A stretch of 64,000 nt of DNA from an uncultured bacterium (GTDB taxonomy: Bacteria > SAR324 > NAC60-12), in assembly GCA_965662235.1 (NCBI GenBank), contig CBFIGY010000006.1:1-64000 (forward strand). Direction: 5' to 3'. Of this stretch, positions 17,451-28,386 are shown piece after piece. The translations under genes were made by a program, and so were the position numbers. How positions within the stretch are numbered: position 1 is the stretch's first letter; the number at the start of each line of letters is the position of its first letter. The notes beneath the pieces were generated by a model. That model did no database searches. It was not told the DNA's origin and saw only the letters and a list, made by a program, of their open reading frames with translations.

Positions 17451-19466
17451 TTAGGCTCCATCGTGAACAGGTTCCCCCGTCGGGGCGTCTTCAGAAAGGG
17501 TGACCAGCTGGGCCTCTGCAGACACCAGAGCCCCGACAGGAAAGTGGACTGCGGCCACAAAGCAGTCTTCTGGAGCCGTGAGGGTGTGCTCCATTTTCAT
17601 GGCTTCCATGGTGACCAGAGGCTGCCCGCGCTGGACGGCGTCTCCCGGGCTCACCCAAACCTGGGTCACGCTCCCGGGCATGGGGGCTGTCAGGCGGAGG
17701 CCTTCTTCTTCGCCCGCCGCGGCTCCTTCCAGTTCCGGAAGCACCTTCAGCCGGAACCGGCTTCCCTGGCCGGCTCCTTCCTGGGGCAGCACCCAAACGT
17801 CCTCGGCGTCTAGAAACACCTGCCCCTTCCAGACCTGGTTGTTCCAACGGAGCTCCCACCGAACCCCGGGCGTCACCTGAACCGTAAAGGCGTCTGCGTC
17901 GCGCAGAAACGTCGCTGCTTCGCCGGACGCTGCGAGGTGCGCCTGCACCTGCAATTCACCGAGGTCTCCTTGCAAACGGAGTCGATGGGGCTCGGCTCCG
18001 CCGAGGCGCCAGTTGTCAAACCGCTCCCACGGAGACTGCGGATGCTGCGGACGCTGCGAGTGCCAAACCGCGAGGGCTGCCGCCCACTGCACCGGCTCCG
18101 GAACCTCTGGAGGCGTCAGCAGCTCAGCAAGGTGCTGGTCGATAAACAGCGTGTCGGCATGTCCGTGCTGAACCGCGTCCTGACGCAGCAGGGTTTGCAG
18201 GAAGCCGAGGTTGGTGTGGAGTCCGGAGGCAAAGGTTTCCGCTAGAACTTCCTGCAGCCGCGTCAGTGCCTCGGCTCGCGTGCGTCCGGAGACAATGAGC
18301 TTCGCAAGCATCGGGTCGTAGTACGGGGAAATCACATCGCCCTCGACCACTCCAGAATCGACACGGACGCCTGGCTGAGGCTCCGGAAGCTGAAGGCGCT
18401 GCAGCGTTCCGGTGCTGGGGAGAAACCCGGACTCTGGATGCTCAGCATAAATCCGGACCTCCAGGGCATGCCCGCAGCGCTGCAGTTGTTCCTGTGTCAC
18501 CGGAAGCGGCTCTCCGGAGGCGATCCGCAGCTGCCACTCCACAAGGTCGTGTCCCGTGATTGCCTCGGTGACCGGATGTTCCACCTGCAGCCGCGTGTTC
18601 ATTTCCATGAAGAAGAACTGCTCCTGGTCGTCCATGATGAACTCAACGGTCCCGGCATTGACGTAGCCCACCGCGCGCGCCGCCTGCACTGCGGCTGCCG
18701 TCAGGGCTTGGCGCGTGGCGTCCTCCAGCAGAGGCGACGGGGCTTCTTCCACCACCTTCTGATGCCGCCGCTGCAGGGAGCATTCTCGCTCAAAGCAGTG
18801 AAGGACCTGCCCCTGGGTGTCGCCAAACACCTGAACCTCTAGGTGCCGTGGACCGGAGACAAAGCGCTCCAGCAGCACCCGGTCATCCCCAAATGCGCCC
18901 TTAGCCTCCTGACGCGCCGACCGCAGTGCGTCCGCAAATGCACTGGGCTCCGAGACCACCCGCATGCCCTTACCCCCGCCCCCAGCAACCGCCTTGATGA
19001 GAACCGGGTAGCCGATGCGCTCCGCCTCTTCCTGCAGGAAGGGAAGGGCCTGCTCGGGGCCATGGTATCCTGGGACCACGGGAACTCCGGCAGCCGCCAT
19101 CAGACGCTTTGCTTCGTCCTTGGTGCCCATGCGTTCCATGGCTTCCGGAGGCGGGCCCACAAAAATCACTCCAGCGGCGGCACAGGCACGAGCAAAGGCC
19201 GCTTGCTCTGATAGAAATCCATATCCGGGATGCACCGCGTCCGCCTGATAACGCTGCGCAACGTCGAGAATCCGCTCGCCTTGGAGGTAGGACTGTGCCG
19301 GAGGGGCTTCGCCAATGCCGCAGGCTTCATCGGCCAGCCGGACGTGTTGCGCGTTGCGGTCGGCCTCTGAATACACGGCAACGGTTCGGACGCCCAGCCG
19401 CTGGCAGGTCCGGATGATCCGGCAGGCGATCTCGCCTCGATTGGCAATGAGCAGTTTCGTGATCAT
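17451..19466 (-). CDS. Biotin carboxylase + BCCP subunit (methylcrotonyl-/acyl-CoA carboxylase alpha)
   Basis: LLIANRGEIA, HPGYGFLSE, GGGGKGMR, MNTRLQVEHPVTE and the EAMKME biotinylation motif. Confidence 0.93.
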   Translation of the reverse strand: MITKLLIANRGEIACRIIRTCQRLGVRTVAVYSEADRNAQHVRLADEACGIGEAPPAQSYLQGERILDVAQRYQADAVHPGYGFLSEQAAFARACAAAGVIFVGPPPEAMERMGTKDEAKRLMAAAGVPVVPGYHGPEQALPFLQEEAERIGYPVLIKAVAGGGGKGMRVVSEPSAFADALRSARQEAKGAFGDDRVLLERFVSGPRHLEVQVFGDTQGQVLHCFERECSLQRRHQKVVEEAPSPLLEDATRQALTAAAVQAARAVGYVNAGTVEFIMDDQEQFFFMEMNTRLQVEHPVTEAITGHDLVEWQLRIASGEPLPVTQEQLQRCGHALEVRIYAEHPESGFLPSTGTLQRLQLPEPQPGVRVDSGVVEGDVISPYYDPMLAKLIVSGRTRAEALTRLQEVLAETFASGLHTNLGFLQTLLRQDAVQHGHADTLFIDQHLAELLTPPEVPEPVQWAAALAVWHSQRPQHPQSPWERFDNWRLGGAEPHRLRLQGDLGELQVQAHLAASGEAATFLRDADAFTVQVTPGVRWELRWNNQVWKGQVFLDAEDVWVLPQEGAGQGSRFRLKVLPELEGAAAGEEEGLRLTAPMPGSVTQVWVSPGDAVQRGQPLVTMEAMKMEHTLTAPEDCFVAAVHFPVGALVSAEAQLVTLSEDAPTGEPVHDGA

Positions 19467-19542
19467 GTTTTCAGAGGGAAGCGGCGAGAAAACGAAGGGA
19501 AGCCGGATGGTCAGCATAACGCCCCCATCCGGCCGTGCTCAA

Positions 19543-19562
19543 GGGCCTTCGTGCGAAGGCCC
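19543..19562 (-). terminator. Hairpin downstream of gabD
   Basis: GGGCCTTC/GAAGGCCC 8-bp stem; a second stem GCCGGATGG/CCATCCGGC lies at 19502-19533. Confidence 0.5.
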
Positions 19563-19572
19563 GGAAGGGAGC

Positions 19573-21051
19573 TTAGCGGTCGACGCCAGCCATGTGGATG
19601 GCCTTGACCTCCATGTACTCCTCAATCCCGTACAGGGAGCCTTCACGTCCGATTCCGGACTCCTTGATGCCACCGAACGGGGACACCTCGGTGGAAATCA
19701 CGCCGGTGTTGATTCCGACCATGCCATACTCCAGTCCTTCCGCGACCCGCCACACGCGTCCGATGTCCCGGGTGAAGAAGTAGGACGCGAGGCCGAACTC
19801 GGTGTCATTGGCCATCTGCAGGGCTTCCTCTTCGGTCTTGAAGCGGAAGGCAGGCGCCAGGGGCCCAAAGGTTTCTTCTTTGGCGACCTTCATGTCTGGG
19901 GTCACATCGGCAAGAACCGTGGGCTCAAAGAAGCAGCCTCCTTTTTCGTGACGCTTGCCCCCAGAGAGCACCCGGGCGCCTTTGCTGACGGCGTCTTGGA
20001 TGTGGTTCTCCACCTTCTCCACAGCGGCCATGTTGATGAGCGGGCCCTGGTCGGTCTCTTCCGTCAGGCCGTTGCCCACACGGAGGTGCTTCGAGGCCTC
20101 GGCAAAGGCTTCCATGAAGCGGTCGTAGATGCCATCTTGCACCAGCAGGCGGTTGGCACAGACGCAGGTCTGTCCGGCATTCCGGAACTTGCACTGAATC
20201 GCCCCTTGCACTGCGGCATCAAGGTCGGCATCATCAAACACGATCAACGGTGCATTGCCACCGAGCTCCAGCGAGAGTTTCTTCATGGTGTCGGCACACT
20301 GCTTCATGAGGATCTTGCCGACTCCGGTGGAACCGGTGAAGCTGAGCTTGCGGACAATGCCGTTGGAGGTCAGCTCGCCACCGATGGCGATGGCATCTCC
20401 TGGAACCACGCTGAGCACGCCTTTCGGGACCCCGGCGCGTTCGGCCAGTTCACAAAGCGCCAGTGCCGACATTGGTGTGTCGGGAGCGGGCTTGATGATC
20501 ATCGGGCAGCCTGCCGCAAGAGCTGGACCCGCCTTGCGGGTGATCATGGCTGCCGGGAAGTTCCAGGGGGTGATGCAGGCAGAAACCCCAACCGGCTCCT
20601 TGACCACCAGCACCCGGCGGTCCTGGTTGTAGGTGGGGATGGTTTCTCCGTAGGTCCGTTTGGCTTCTTCCGAGAACCACTCCAGGAAGGACGCGGCGTA
20701 GGTGATCTCGCCCCGGGCTTCCGCGAGAGGCTTTCCTTGTTCGGCGGTCATCAGGCGGGCCAGATCTTCTTGGCTTTCCATCATCAGGTCGTACCAGCGG
20801 CGGATGATCTTGCCCCGCTCCTTGGCGGTCTTCTTGCGCCACTCCGGCCAAGCGGCGTTGGCGGCTTCAATTGCGCGTTTGGTTTCGGCAGCACCACAAC
20901 GCGGGACCGTTGCCAGGACCTCACCGGTGGCAGGATTGGTCACGGGGTCGGTTTCTCCGCTGTCAGCGTTGACCCACTGGCCGTCGATGTAAGCCTGTTC
21001 TCGAAAAAGTCCGGAATCTTTCATTCCGATCGTCTGCCATGTGTTTGCCAT
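19573..21051 (-). CDS. gabD: NAD(P)-dependent succinate-semialdehyde dehydrogenase
   Basis: ITPWNFPAAMITRK, FTGSTGVGK, LELGGNAP, KFRNAGQTCVC, EETFGP and PFGGIKESGIGREGS. Confidence 0.92.
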   Translation of the reverse strand: MANTWQTIGMKDSGLFREQAYIDGQWVNADSGETDPVTNPATGEVLATVPRCGAAETKRAIEAANAAWPEWRKKTAKERGKIIRRWYDLMMESQEDLARLMTAEQGKPLAEARGEITYAASFLEWFSEEAKRTYGETIPTYNQDRRVLVVKEPVGVSACITPWNFPAAMITRKAGPALAAGCPMIIKPAPDTPMSALALCELAERAGVPKGVLSVVPGDAIAIGGELTSNGIVRKLSFTGSTGVGKILMKQCADTMKKLSLELGGNAPLIVFDDADLDAAVQGAIQCKFRNAGQTCVCANRLLVQDGIYDRFMEAFAEASKHLRVGNGLTEETDQGPLINMAAVEKVENHIQDAVSKGARVLSGGKRHEKGGCFFEPTVLADVTPDMKVAKEETFGPLAPAFRFKTEEEALQMANDTEFGLASYFFTRDIGRVWRVAEGLEYGMVGINTGVISTEVSPFGGIKESGIGREGSLYGIEEYMEVKAIHMAGVDR

Positions 21052-21199
21052 GTTTCTCCGTTTGGGACGTACGTGAGATATTGAAAAACCCTCATATAAC
21101 GCCTTATCCTAGTGGGGAGCAAGTCAATTGATCCCCCCAACCTGCTTTCCGGGGGTTTCCTGGTTTCTTCCTTTTTTTCCTTGGAAAAATTCTAAATTT

Positions 21200-21694
21200 A
21201 TGTATGTACTTCGGCTGGACCCCACGTTAACCAATCAAATCGTCAATGGGCTCTCCAAAGAAATCCGTGACTGGGTCGTCAACGCCATCGGGAGTGTGGT
21301 GGTGGCAGATGGCATTGTGGAACCCAATGAGCTGATTGCCCTGCAAGAGGCCATTCGGCTGCTGGACTCTAAAGAAGAGGCTCAAAACCTGATGACGCTT
21401 GTCAAGCAGAAGAAGCTCTATGAGATTGAACCCATTAAGGTTCCCATTGAAACCGGCGCCAGCCTCTTCTTTTACATTGCCTCCATTGCGGTGGTCGATG
21501 GAAACCTGAAGAAGGTGGAGGCTGAGGTGCTGATTAAGGTTGCCAAGCAGCTGGGGTTGCCGAAGGAATTCAGCAAAACCGTGATGCGGTGGGCGCACCG
21601 GCAAATGGAGCAAAACCGGAAGTGGTCGGAAGAGCAAAACCGCCTCAACCTGGAGCGTCAGCAGATCATTGACTCGGCAAACCTCATGACCTGA
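21200..21694 (+). CDS. TerB-family protein
   Basis: Two TerB-like motifs, VVADGIVEPNE and AVVDGNLKKVEAEVLIKVAKQLG. Confidence 0.7.
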   Translation: MYVLRLDPTLTNQIVNGLSKEIRDWVVNAIGSVVVADGIVEPNELIALQEAIRLLDSKEEAQNLMTLVKQKKLYEIEPIKVPIETGASLFFYIASIAVVDGNLKKVEAEVLIKVAKQLGLPKEFSKTVMRWAHRQMEQNRKWSEEQNRLNLERQQIIDSANLMT

Positions 21695-21781
21695 CGGTTC
21701 CGTTTAGGTGCCAACGGATCAGTCTTTGCACGTCAGGACCTTTTCCAAACGGAGTCGTCTCCACTTTGAGCTTTGCCCGGC

Positions 21782-24025
21782 ATGCGCATTCTTTCTCAGG
21801 AAACCTTACAGCACCTCCTGTCTTCTGAGCAGGAACGAGTACGGCTCTGGGCCACCTACCAGCTGTTGAATGAGTGGCGTGATGAGCCGGACCAGTTCAT
21901 TGGCCCCATGCTCGACTCCCCCCTCCCGGAGGTCCGGGAAGTTGCCATCCACCTGATCAACCGCAGCGGCAACGACCGCTACGCCTTCAAGCTGCTGGGC
22001 CTCTTCCAGCGCAGCACCGGACGTCTGCGGTGTGCCTGTGCAGAAGCGCTGGTGCAGCTCCGCTACGAGGCAGCGCACCCTCCGCTGCTCCAGTGGCTCC
22101 AACGCCTCCTCCTTGCTGATGAACTGAACCTTCCGGAACTGCAGTGTGCCGCGCGTTGCTGGCTCCAGACCGGACTTCCTGAGGCCTGGGATGAACTGGA
22201 GGAATTCCTTCAGACGCACCAGAGCAACCACCTCAAGGCGCTGACGCTGTTTGAGGTCCTGTGCCTCGAAGCCTCCACTCCTCCGCGCCTTCGACGCCTG
22301 CTGGAACAGTATCAGTACTTCCGCAAGGAGTTCACGGATCCACAGTTTTCTCAGTACCTGCTGAGCCTGTTCGACTTCCGTGGCCTGCTGGAGTTCATCA
22401 AGATGCAGTTTGACGCCGGCGCTGGAATCGGAACCATCTACGAGGTCGTGATGGGTTCCATTGAGCCGCTGTCTCCTCGCCTGCCCCACCCGCTGGTCCG
22501 GGACCTAGACGCTTTGGGAGAGCAACCGAATCCGGAGAAACTGCTGAGTCTGTTGCAGAATGCCGCCCAGCACTGGGGCGCTGCGCCGGGAGAGCTGGTG
22601 CAGGAAACGCTGAAGGGATTTGCCGACTTCATTCAGCCGGAATGGGATCAGACGATCATCCGCATTCAGGAGGCCGAGCTGCTCCTGCTGACGGCGTTGC
22701 CGCTGGAAGCCCTCCGGGGTCGCATTCTGGAAGCCGTTCACCCTCCGGAAGCCCACTGGGAGACGCTGCAGGCGCTGAGCGCCTCATCCCTGATTTCAGT
22801 GGGACAGTATGCAGAGCTCATCCAGCAGGCGCTTGCGTCCGGAGCGCCTCCCGCTTCTCTTCCGCGACCCGCGCACCCGCGCTTTTCGGCCAAGGAACTG
22901 CTGCTGCTCTGGGCCTGGGGGCTTCCGGCGCCGCAGGAGTGCAACTACCCGCTTCTGCTACCTCATCCTTGGGAACTCGACCTTCCGGCTCTCAATGAAA
23001 GCCTGGTCGCTGTCTTCTGCGAGGCGCTGGGTGACCTGATTGATGCGGAGCGGCACGAAGAGGTGGACTATGCCCTCCAACTGTTTCAGCAGGCTCCTTC
23101 TGAGCAGGTGCTGACGACGCTGCTGAAGTGCTTCACGCCCTTGCTGAACCAGCACTACACGCTTTTCTTTGACCTCATTGAGCGGCTTCCGGATGCCCGC
23201 TTCATTCCCAAGTTGCTGGAGCACTACCGTGAAGGAGAGCAGGGACTGGCGCAGCTGACCTTCCTGCTCTGCACCGCTCACCAGCACCCGTGTCCTGACG
23301 GCATTGACGCTTCCTGCCTGACGGAAGCGGAGGAGCAGCCGCTTTCGGTCCGCATCACCTGCATCGCCTGCCGAGCGTCCTACCACTATGACCTGAAGGT
23401 GCTTTACTACGATCCGGAGGCTTTGGAGCAACGGCGTCCCTTCCAGGATGAGGATCTCTGGACTCCGGACCCGCTGCACTGTAAGAACTGCGCGACCACG
23501 CTGGTGCTGCGAACCGATTCAGGCTTCCGGACCCAGCTCTACACCCAGCTGCTGACCGCCCGGTTGCTCAAGCTTTCGGAGCAGGAAGAGCAGCGCTTGG
23601 CCAACATCCGGCCCCTTCGCTTTCCGGTGTGGGAACAGCGTCGGCACAACCCCGAGTCCTTCCTGGCCTATGCTCGGCGGGTGCTGGAGCACCACTTTGG
23701 CACCGCTGAGGAGCGGGGGATGTTGCTGTATGAGTTGGGACGTTTGTATCTGGAGTTGCGGCAGTGGGACACCGCTCAGGACTTCTTAAGGCAATCGCTG
23801 CAGTTTCCGGGACACCCTCCAGCAACGCTCTTTCACCTCGGGGCCATTGCCTTTCAGCAGAAGAACCTCTATGAAGCGCGTCTGCATTTTTCGCAGCTGG
23901 TGGAAACCACCTCGGAAGAGGACTTCCGTTTTGAAGAGGAGAACCTGCATCAGCTGGCCCAGCACTACCTAGAGATCCTAGACCGCCCGGACATCAAGCG
24001 CTCTGGATTCCGCCTGATCTCCTAG
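21782..24025 (+). CDS. HEAT-repeat / CxxC Zn-ribbon / TPR protein of unknown function
   Basis: N-terminal HEAT-like units (LSSEQERVRLWA, DSPLPEVREVA), CIAC...CKNC, and C-terminal TPR-like helices (YELGRLY, FHLGAIAF). Confidence 0.75.
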   Translation: MRILSQETLQHLLSSEQERVRLWATYQLLNEWRDEPDQFIGPMLDSPLPEVREVAIHLINRSGNDRYAFKLLGLFQRSTGRLRCACAEALVQLRYEAAHPPLLQWLQRLLLADELNLPELQCAARCWLQTGLPEAWDELEEFLQTHQSNHLKALTLFEVLCLEASTPPRLRRLLEQYQYFRKEFTDPQFSQYLLSLFDFRGLLEFIKMQFDAGAGIGTIYEVVMGSIEPLSPRLPHPLVRDLDALGEQPNPEKLLSLLQNAAQHWGAAPGELVQETLKGFADFIQPEWDQTIIRIQEAELLLLTALPLEALRGRILEAVHPPEAHWETLQALSASSLISVGQYAELIQQALASGAPPASLPRPAHPRFSAKELLLLWAWGLPAPQECNYPLLLPHPWELDLPALNESLVAVFCEALGDLIDAERHEEVDYALQLFQQAPSEQVLTTLLKCFTPLLNQHYTLFFDLIERLPDARFIPKLLEHYREGEQGLAQLTFLLCTAHQHPCPDGIDASCLTEAEEQPLSVRITCIACRASYHYDLKVLYYDPEALEQRRPFQDEDLWTPDPLHCKNCATTLVLRTDSGFRTQLYTQLLTARLLKLSEQEEQRLANIRPLRFPVWEQRRHNPESFLAYARRVLEHHFGTAEERGMLLYELGRLYLELRQWDTAQDFLRQSLQFPGHPPATLFHLGAIAFQQKNLYEARLHFSQLVETTSEEDFRFEEENLHQLAQHYLEILDRPDIKRSGFRLIS

Positions 24026-25079
24026 CCTGGGCCTCTAGGCAGGCCTGCAGCTCCTGGTGCAGGAGCCTCGCCAATCCGGGACCTCGGTAAACCAAGCTGG
24101 TGTAAACCTGCACCAGCGTGGCGCCGGCTTCGAGCTTGTCGAAGACATCTTGGCCCGTAAACACTCCCCCGACTCCCAAAATAGGCATCTCCGGAGGCAG
24201 CACCTGACGCAGGTGCCGGATGAACTCCGTGGAACGCGTCTGCAACGGACGTCCGCTGAGCCCTCCGGTTTCTCCCTGGTGGCGGGACTGCAAGCCTGTC
24301 CGATCCAGCGTCGTGTTGGTGGCTACCACGCCATCCAGCGGAAATTGCTGGAGGACGTGCAGGCTCTGCTCTAGGGCCGCCTCTTCCCAGTCCGGGGCCA
24401 GTTTCACGAGCAACGGCGTTGCGCGTCCGTGCCGGGAGGCCAGCTGTTCCCGGCGGGTGAAGCAGCGGTCTAGCAGGGTCTGCAGCGCCTGGTCGCTTTG
24501 TAGGCTCCGGAGGTTTTCAGTGTTGGGCGAGCTGATGTTGATGACGAGGTAATCGGCTAGGCCGTGAAAGGCTTCCAGCCCCTGGACGTAATCTTCCGGT
24601 GCTTCAGGCAGCGGGGTGTCCTTGTTCTTCCCCAAGTTCACTCCCAGCAGTCCCTGAGGCGCTTGCCGTTCCAACCGCTGCCTCATGGCGGCGGCACCGG
24701 CGTTGTTGAAGCCAAAACGATTGATCAGCGCCTCATCTTCTGGAAGCCGAAACAGACGGGGCCGGGGATTTCCGGGCTGCGGACGTGGGGTGACGGTTCC
24801 AACCTCTACTGCGGAAAAGCCCAGGGAGAAGAGGGCATTGTAGATGCGGGCGTCTTTGTCGAACCCGGCGGCAATGCCAAGGGGGCTGGGGAGGACGTGT
24901 CCCCAAAGCCGTGTCATCAGGCGAGGGTCCGGGGTTGGCGTGCCCCACTTCAGAGCACTCAGGCTTCCGGGCACCCGGGTAACGCGTTCCACAAGGGAAA
25001 AGGTTCGCTCGTGAGCATCTTCTGCCTCCAGTTGAAAGAGGGACGGACGCAGCGCGGCGTAGAGGGAGGAGAGCAGCAT
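23994..25079 (-). CDS. pyrD: Quinone-dependent dihydroorotate dehydrogenase
   Basis: AAGFDK, GNPRPRLFRL, INRFGFNN, NISSPNT, KLAPD and GGLSG. Confidence 0.95.
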   Translation of the reverse strand: MLLSSLYAALRPSLFQLEAEDAHERTFSLVERVTRVPGSLSALKWGTPTPDPRLMTRLWGHVLPSPLGIAAGFDKDARIYNALFSLGFSAVEVGTVTPRPQPGNPRPRLFRLPEDEALINRFGFNNAGAAAMRQRLERQAPQGLLGVNLGKNKDTPLPEAPEDYVQGLEAFHGLADYLVINISSPNTENLRSLQSDQALQTLLDRCFTRREQLASRHGRATPLLVKLAPDWEEAALEQSLHVLQQFPLDGVVATNTTLDRTGLQSRHQGETGGLSGRPLQTRSTEFIRHLRQVLPPEMPILGVGGVFTGQDVFDKLEAGATLVQVYTSLVYRGPGLARLLHQELQACLEAQARRSGGIQSA

Positions 25080-25097
25080 GGAGGTCGGGGGTTGGGT

Positions 25098-26078
25098 TTA
25101 CAGGAAGACCTTGAGCAAACGCTGAGCGGCGCGGGCGGGAAGGAGGGCATCTTCATGGATCAGGCGTTCCACCTCCGGGATCTCTTGACGAACCGCCGGG
25201 TGGGTTTGGAAACGGTTCAGCAGCGCTTCCTCGACCAAACTCCAGAACCAGCGACGTTGTTGGTCTCGGCGGTTCTGCTCCCAGGCGCCAGAAGCCTTCC
25301 GAGACGCCTCAAACTCTCGGATGCTCTCCCAGAGCTCGGCTAGTCCTTGGTGCTTGAGGGCACTGATGGTCAGCACCGGTGTTGTCCACTCGGCGTGTCC
25401 GGATGCCATGAGGCGCAGCGCTTGCCGGTAGGTCTGCTGTGCGTGCCGTGCCAGCGCCATCTGGTCTCCATCCGCTTTGTTCACCACCAGCAGGTCGGCC
25501 AACTCGAGGATGCCCTTTTTGATGCCCTGCAGCTCGTCTCCCGCGTTCGGAAGCATGAGGACGAGGAAGCAGTCGGTCATCGACGCCACTAGGGTTTCCG
25601 ACTGTCCCACGCCCACCGTTTCCACAAAGATCACATCGTAACCGGCAGCCTCGCAGAGCAGCATCGTCTCCCGAGTCCGACGGCCCACGCCACCGAGGAT
25701 GCCCGCGGAAGGGGAGGGACGGATGAAAGCGTCTGGGTGCTGAGACAGCTCATTCATGCGGGTTTTGTCCCCCAGAATGCTGCCTCCCGTTACCGGACTG
25801 GAGGGGTCGACGGCAAGCACTGCCACCCGGTGCCCCTGCTCAATGAGGGAGAGGCCAAAGGCTTCAATGAAGGTGCTCTTGCCGACTCCCGGAACTCCGG
25901 TGATGCCGATGCGGAGGGCCTGGTTGGCTTCAGGCAGAAGGGCTTCGAGAAGGTCCTGAGCCTGCTGCTGGTGATCCGCCCGGGAGCTTTCCAGCAGGGT
26001 GATAGCCTTAGCGAGCGCTCGGCGTTCTCCAGAACGGATGCGGTGCAGGGTTTCTTGCAAGGGGTCCGGGGCCGTCAC
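25098..26078 (-). CDS. meaB: Methylmalonyl-CoA mutase-associated GTPase
   Basis: [29 protein letters not shown] and NKAD; adjacent to the mutase gene. Confidence 0.95.
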   Translation of the reverse strand: MTAPDPLQETLHRIRSGERRALAKAITLLESSRADHQQQAQDLLEALLPEANQALRIGITGVPGVGKSTFIEAFGLSLIEQGHRVAVLAVDPSSPVTGGSILGDKTRMNELSQHPDAFIRPSPSAGILGGVGRRTRETMLLCEAAGYDVIFVETVGVGQSETLVASMTDCFLVLMLPNAGDELQGIKKGILELADLLVVNKADGDQMALARHAQQTYRQALRLMASGHAEWTTPVLTISALKHQGLAELWESIREFEASRKASGAWEQNRRDQQRRWFWSLVEEALLNRFQTHPAVRQEIPEVERLIHEDALLPARAAQRLLKVFL

Positions 26079-26144
26079 AAGCCTCCTAGGCGGAGGCTCG
26101 GGTGGCAGTTCCTCACAGGCATGAGAGGCGTCATCAGCAGATAC

Positions 26145-28295
26145 TCAGGCGGCTTGCGGAGCCGAAGTCAGGGCTGCCAGCACCTCACGGGCCGCGTTGG
26201 GAATGGGGGTGCCGGGACCAAAGATGCAGGAGACGCCTAGGTGATAGAGAAAGTCGTAGTCCTGTGGGGGAATCACGCCTCCGACGACGACCTTGATGTC
26301 TTCAGCACCTTGCTGACGCAGAGCCTGGGTGAGTTCCGCGACCAGGGTTTTGTGTCCGGCCGCCTGACTGGAAACGCCGATGACGTGGACATCGTTTTCC
26401 ACGGCCTGCTTGACGACCTCTTCCGGAGTCTGAAACAGGGAGCCGATGTCAATGTCAAAACCAAGGTCGGCAAATGCAGTCGAAATGACCTTGGCCCCGC
26501 GGTCGTGCCCATCTTGGCCCATCTTGGCCACCAGCATGCGCGGGCGCCGTCCTTCCGCCACGGCAAACTGCTCCACCAGCTGCTTCACCTCTGCGAGTTC
26601 GTCCTGGTCGGGGTAGCTTCCGGCATAGACGCCGTAGCTCGCCCGGATGGGAGCGTTGTAACGGCCCCAGACGGACTCCATTGCTTCCGAAATCTCTCCG
26701 ACGGTGGCCCGGGCGCGGATGGCGTCGATGCTCAGCGCCAGCAGGTTGCCTTCCCCTGATTCGGCGGCAGTGCGGATGGCACGGAGCGTGGACTCGACCT
26801 GGGCACTTTCTCGCGAAGCCTTGATCTGCTCCAAGCGACGAATTTGCGACTCCCGGACAGCGGAGTTGTCAATTTCGCGAACCTCTACTCCGGTGTCGCC
26901 ATCCACGCGGTACTTGTTGACGCCGACAATGACCTCCTTGCCCTGGTCAATGAGGGCCTGCCGCCGTGCTGCAGACTCTTCAATGCGTTGCTTGGGCATG
27001 CCCGATTCTACGGCCTTGGTCATGCCTCCGAGCGACTCCACCTCTTCGAGCAGCGTCCGGGCTTCCTGAGCCAGCGAGTGCGTGAGCGATTCCATGAAGT
27101 AGGAGCCGCCGAAGGGGTCGACAATGCTGGGGATGCCGGACTCTTCCTGCAGAATCAGCTGGGTGTTCCGGGCAATGCGGGCGGAGGTCTCGGTGGGCAG
27201 CCCTAGGGCTTCGTCGAAGGAGTTGGTGTGCAGCGACTGTGTCCCGCCCAGAACAGCGGCCATCGCTTCGATGGTCGTCCGGATGATGTTGTTGTACGGG
27301 TCCTGTTCGGTGAGGCTCCACCCAGACGTCTGGCAGTGGGTCCGGAGCATCAGGGACTGAGCCTTTTGGGGCGTAAAGGGCGCAATCAGTTCGGCCCAGA
27401 GCAAGCGGGCTGCCCGGAGCTTGGCGATCTCCATGAAGAAGTTCATGCCGATGCCAAAGAAGAACGACAGGCGTGGGGCAAAGGCGTCAATGGCCATGCC
27501 TCGAGCGAGTGCTGAGCGGACGTATTCCAGTCCGTCTCCGAGGGTGAAGGCGAGCTCCTGCACCGCTGTTGCGCCGGCTTCTTGGATGTGGTAGCCGCTG
27601 ATGCTGATCGAGTTGTACCGCGGCATGAAGTTCGCGGTGTGCTCAATGATGTCTCCCACCACCCGCATGGAGGGCTCGGGCGGATAGATGTAGGTGTTCC
27701 GGACCATGAACTCTTTCAGAATGTCATTCTGAATGGTCCCGCTGAGTTGGTCCTGCGGCACCCCTTGCTCTTCAGCGGCCACAATGTAGGCTGCAAGCAC
27801 CGGAAGCACGGCTCCATTCATGGTCATGGAGACGGACATTTCATTGAGGGGAATGCCGTCGAAGAGGATCTTCATGTCTTCCACGGAGTCGATTGCCACC
27901 CCAGCCTTGCCGACGTCTCCCACCACGCGCGGGTGGTCGGAGTCATACCCCCGGTGAGTCGCTAGGTCGAATGCGACGCTCAGGCCTTTTTGTCCGGCAG
28001 CCAGGTTGCGGCGGTAGAAGGCGTTGGATTCTTCGGCAGTGGAGAAACCGGCGTACTGGCGGATGGTCCAAGGACGGTTGGCGTACATGGTCGCCCGGGG
28101 GCCCCGGATGAAGGGAAAGAACCCAGGAAGGGTGTCCACCTGCTCCAAGGCTTCTAGGTCTGCAGCAGTATAAAGGGGTTTGAGCTCAATGCCTTCGGGA
28201 GTTGCCCAGTGAATCGATTCAAGGGGCTGGCCTCGAAGTTCCTGAGTGGCCTGAGTGGCCCAGTCCTGCAGGGTGGGGCGGGGCTTGGATTCCAT
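26145..28295 (-). CDS. scpA: Methylmalonyl-CoA mutase (B12-dependent)
   Basis: [22 protein letters not shown] and the [11 protein letters not shown]12-binding motif. Confidence 0.96.
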   Translation of the reverse strand: MESKPRPTLQDWATQATQELRGQPLESIHWATPEGIELKPLYTAADLEALEQVDTLPGFFPFIRGPRATMYANRPWTIRQYAGFSTAEESNAFYRRNLAAGQKGLSVAFDLATHRGYDSDHPRVVGDVGKAGVAIDSVEDMKILFDGIPLNEMSVSMTMNGAVLPVLAAYIVAAEEQGVPQDQLSGTIQNDILKEFMVRNTYIYPPEPSMRVVGDIIEHTANFMPRYNSISISGYHIQEAGATAVQELAFTLGDGLEYVRSALARGMAIDAFAPRLSFFFGIGMNFFMEIAKLRAARLLWAELIAPFTPQKAQSLMLRTHCQTSGWSLTEQDPYNNIIRTTIEAMAAVLGGTQSLHTNSFDEALGLPTETSARIARNTQLILQEESGIPSIVDPFGGSYFMESLTHSLAQEARTLLEEVESLGGMTKAVESGMPKQRIEESAARRQALIDQGKEVIVGVNKYRVDGDTGVEVREIDNSAVRESQIRRLEQIKASRESAQVESTLRAIRTAAESGEGNLLALSIDAIRARATVGEISEAMESVWGRYNAPIRASYGVYAGSYPDQDELAEVKQLVEQFAVAEGRRPRMLVAKMGQDGHDRGAKVISTAFADLGFDIDIGSLFQTPEEVVKQAVENDVHVIGVSSQAAGHKTLVAELTQALRQQGAEDIKVVVGGVIPPQDYDFLYHLGVSCIFGPGTPIPNAAREVLAALTSAPQAA

Positions 28296-28386
28296 GCAAC
28301 TCTCCGAAAGGGTGGCCTTGCATCAAGGCAAATACGGCAGGTTGCGAGGGAGTATGCCAAAAGCGTGGCAGAGGTTCAAGTGGAGG

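Noticed and set aside
19315..21084. 589-aa plus-strand ORF
   Set aside because: Antisense shadow of gabD; no motifs, and such shadows are expected in GC-rich coding DNA.
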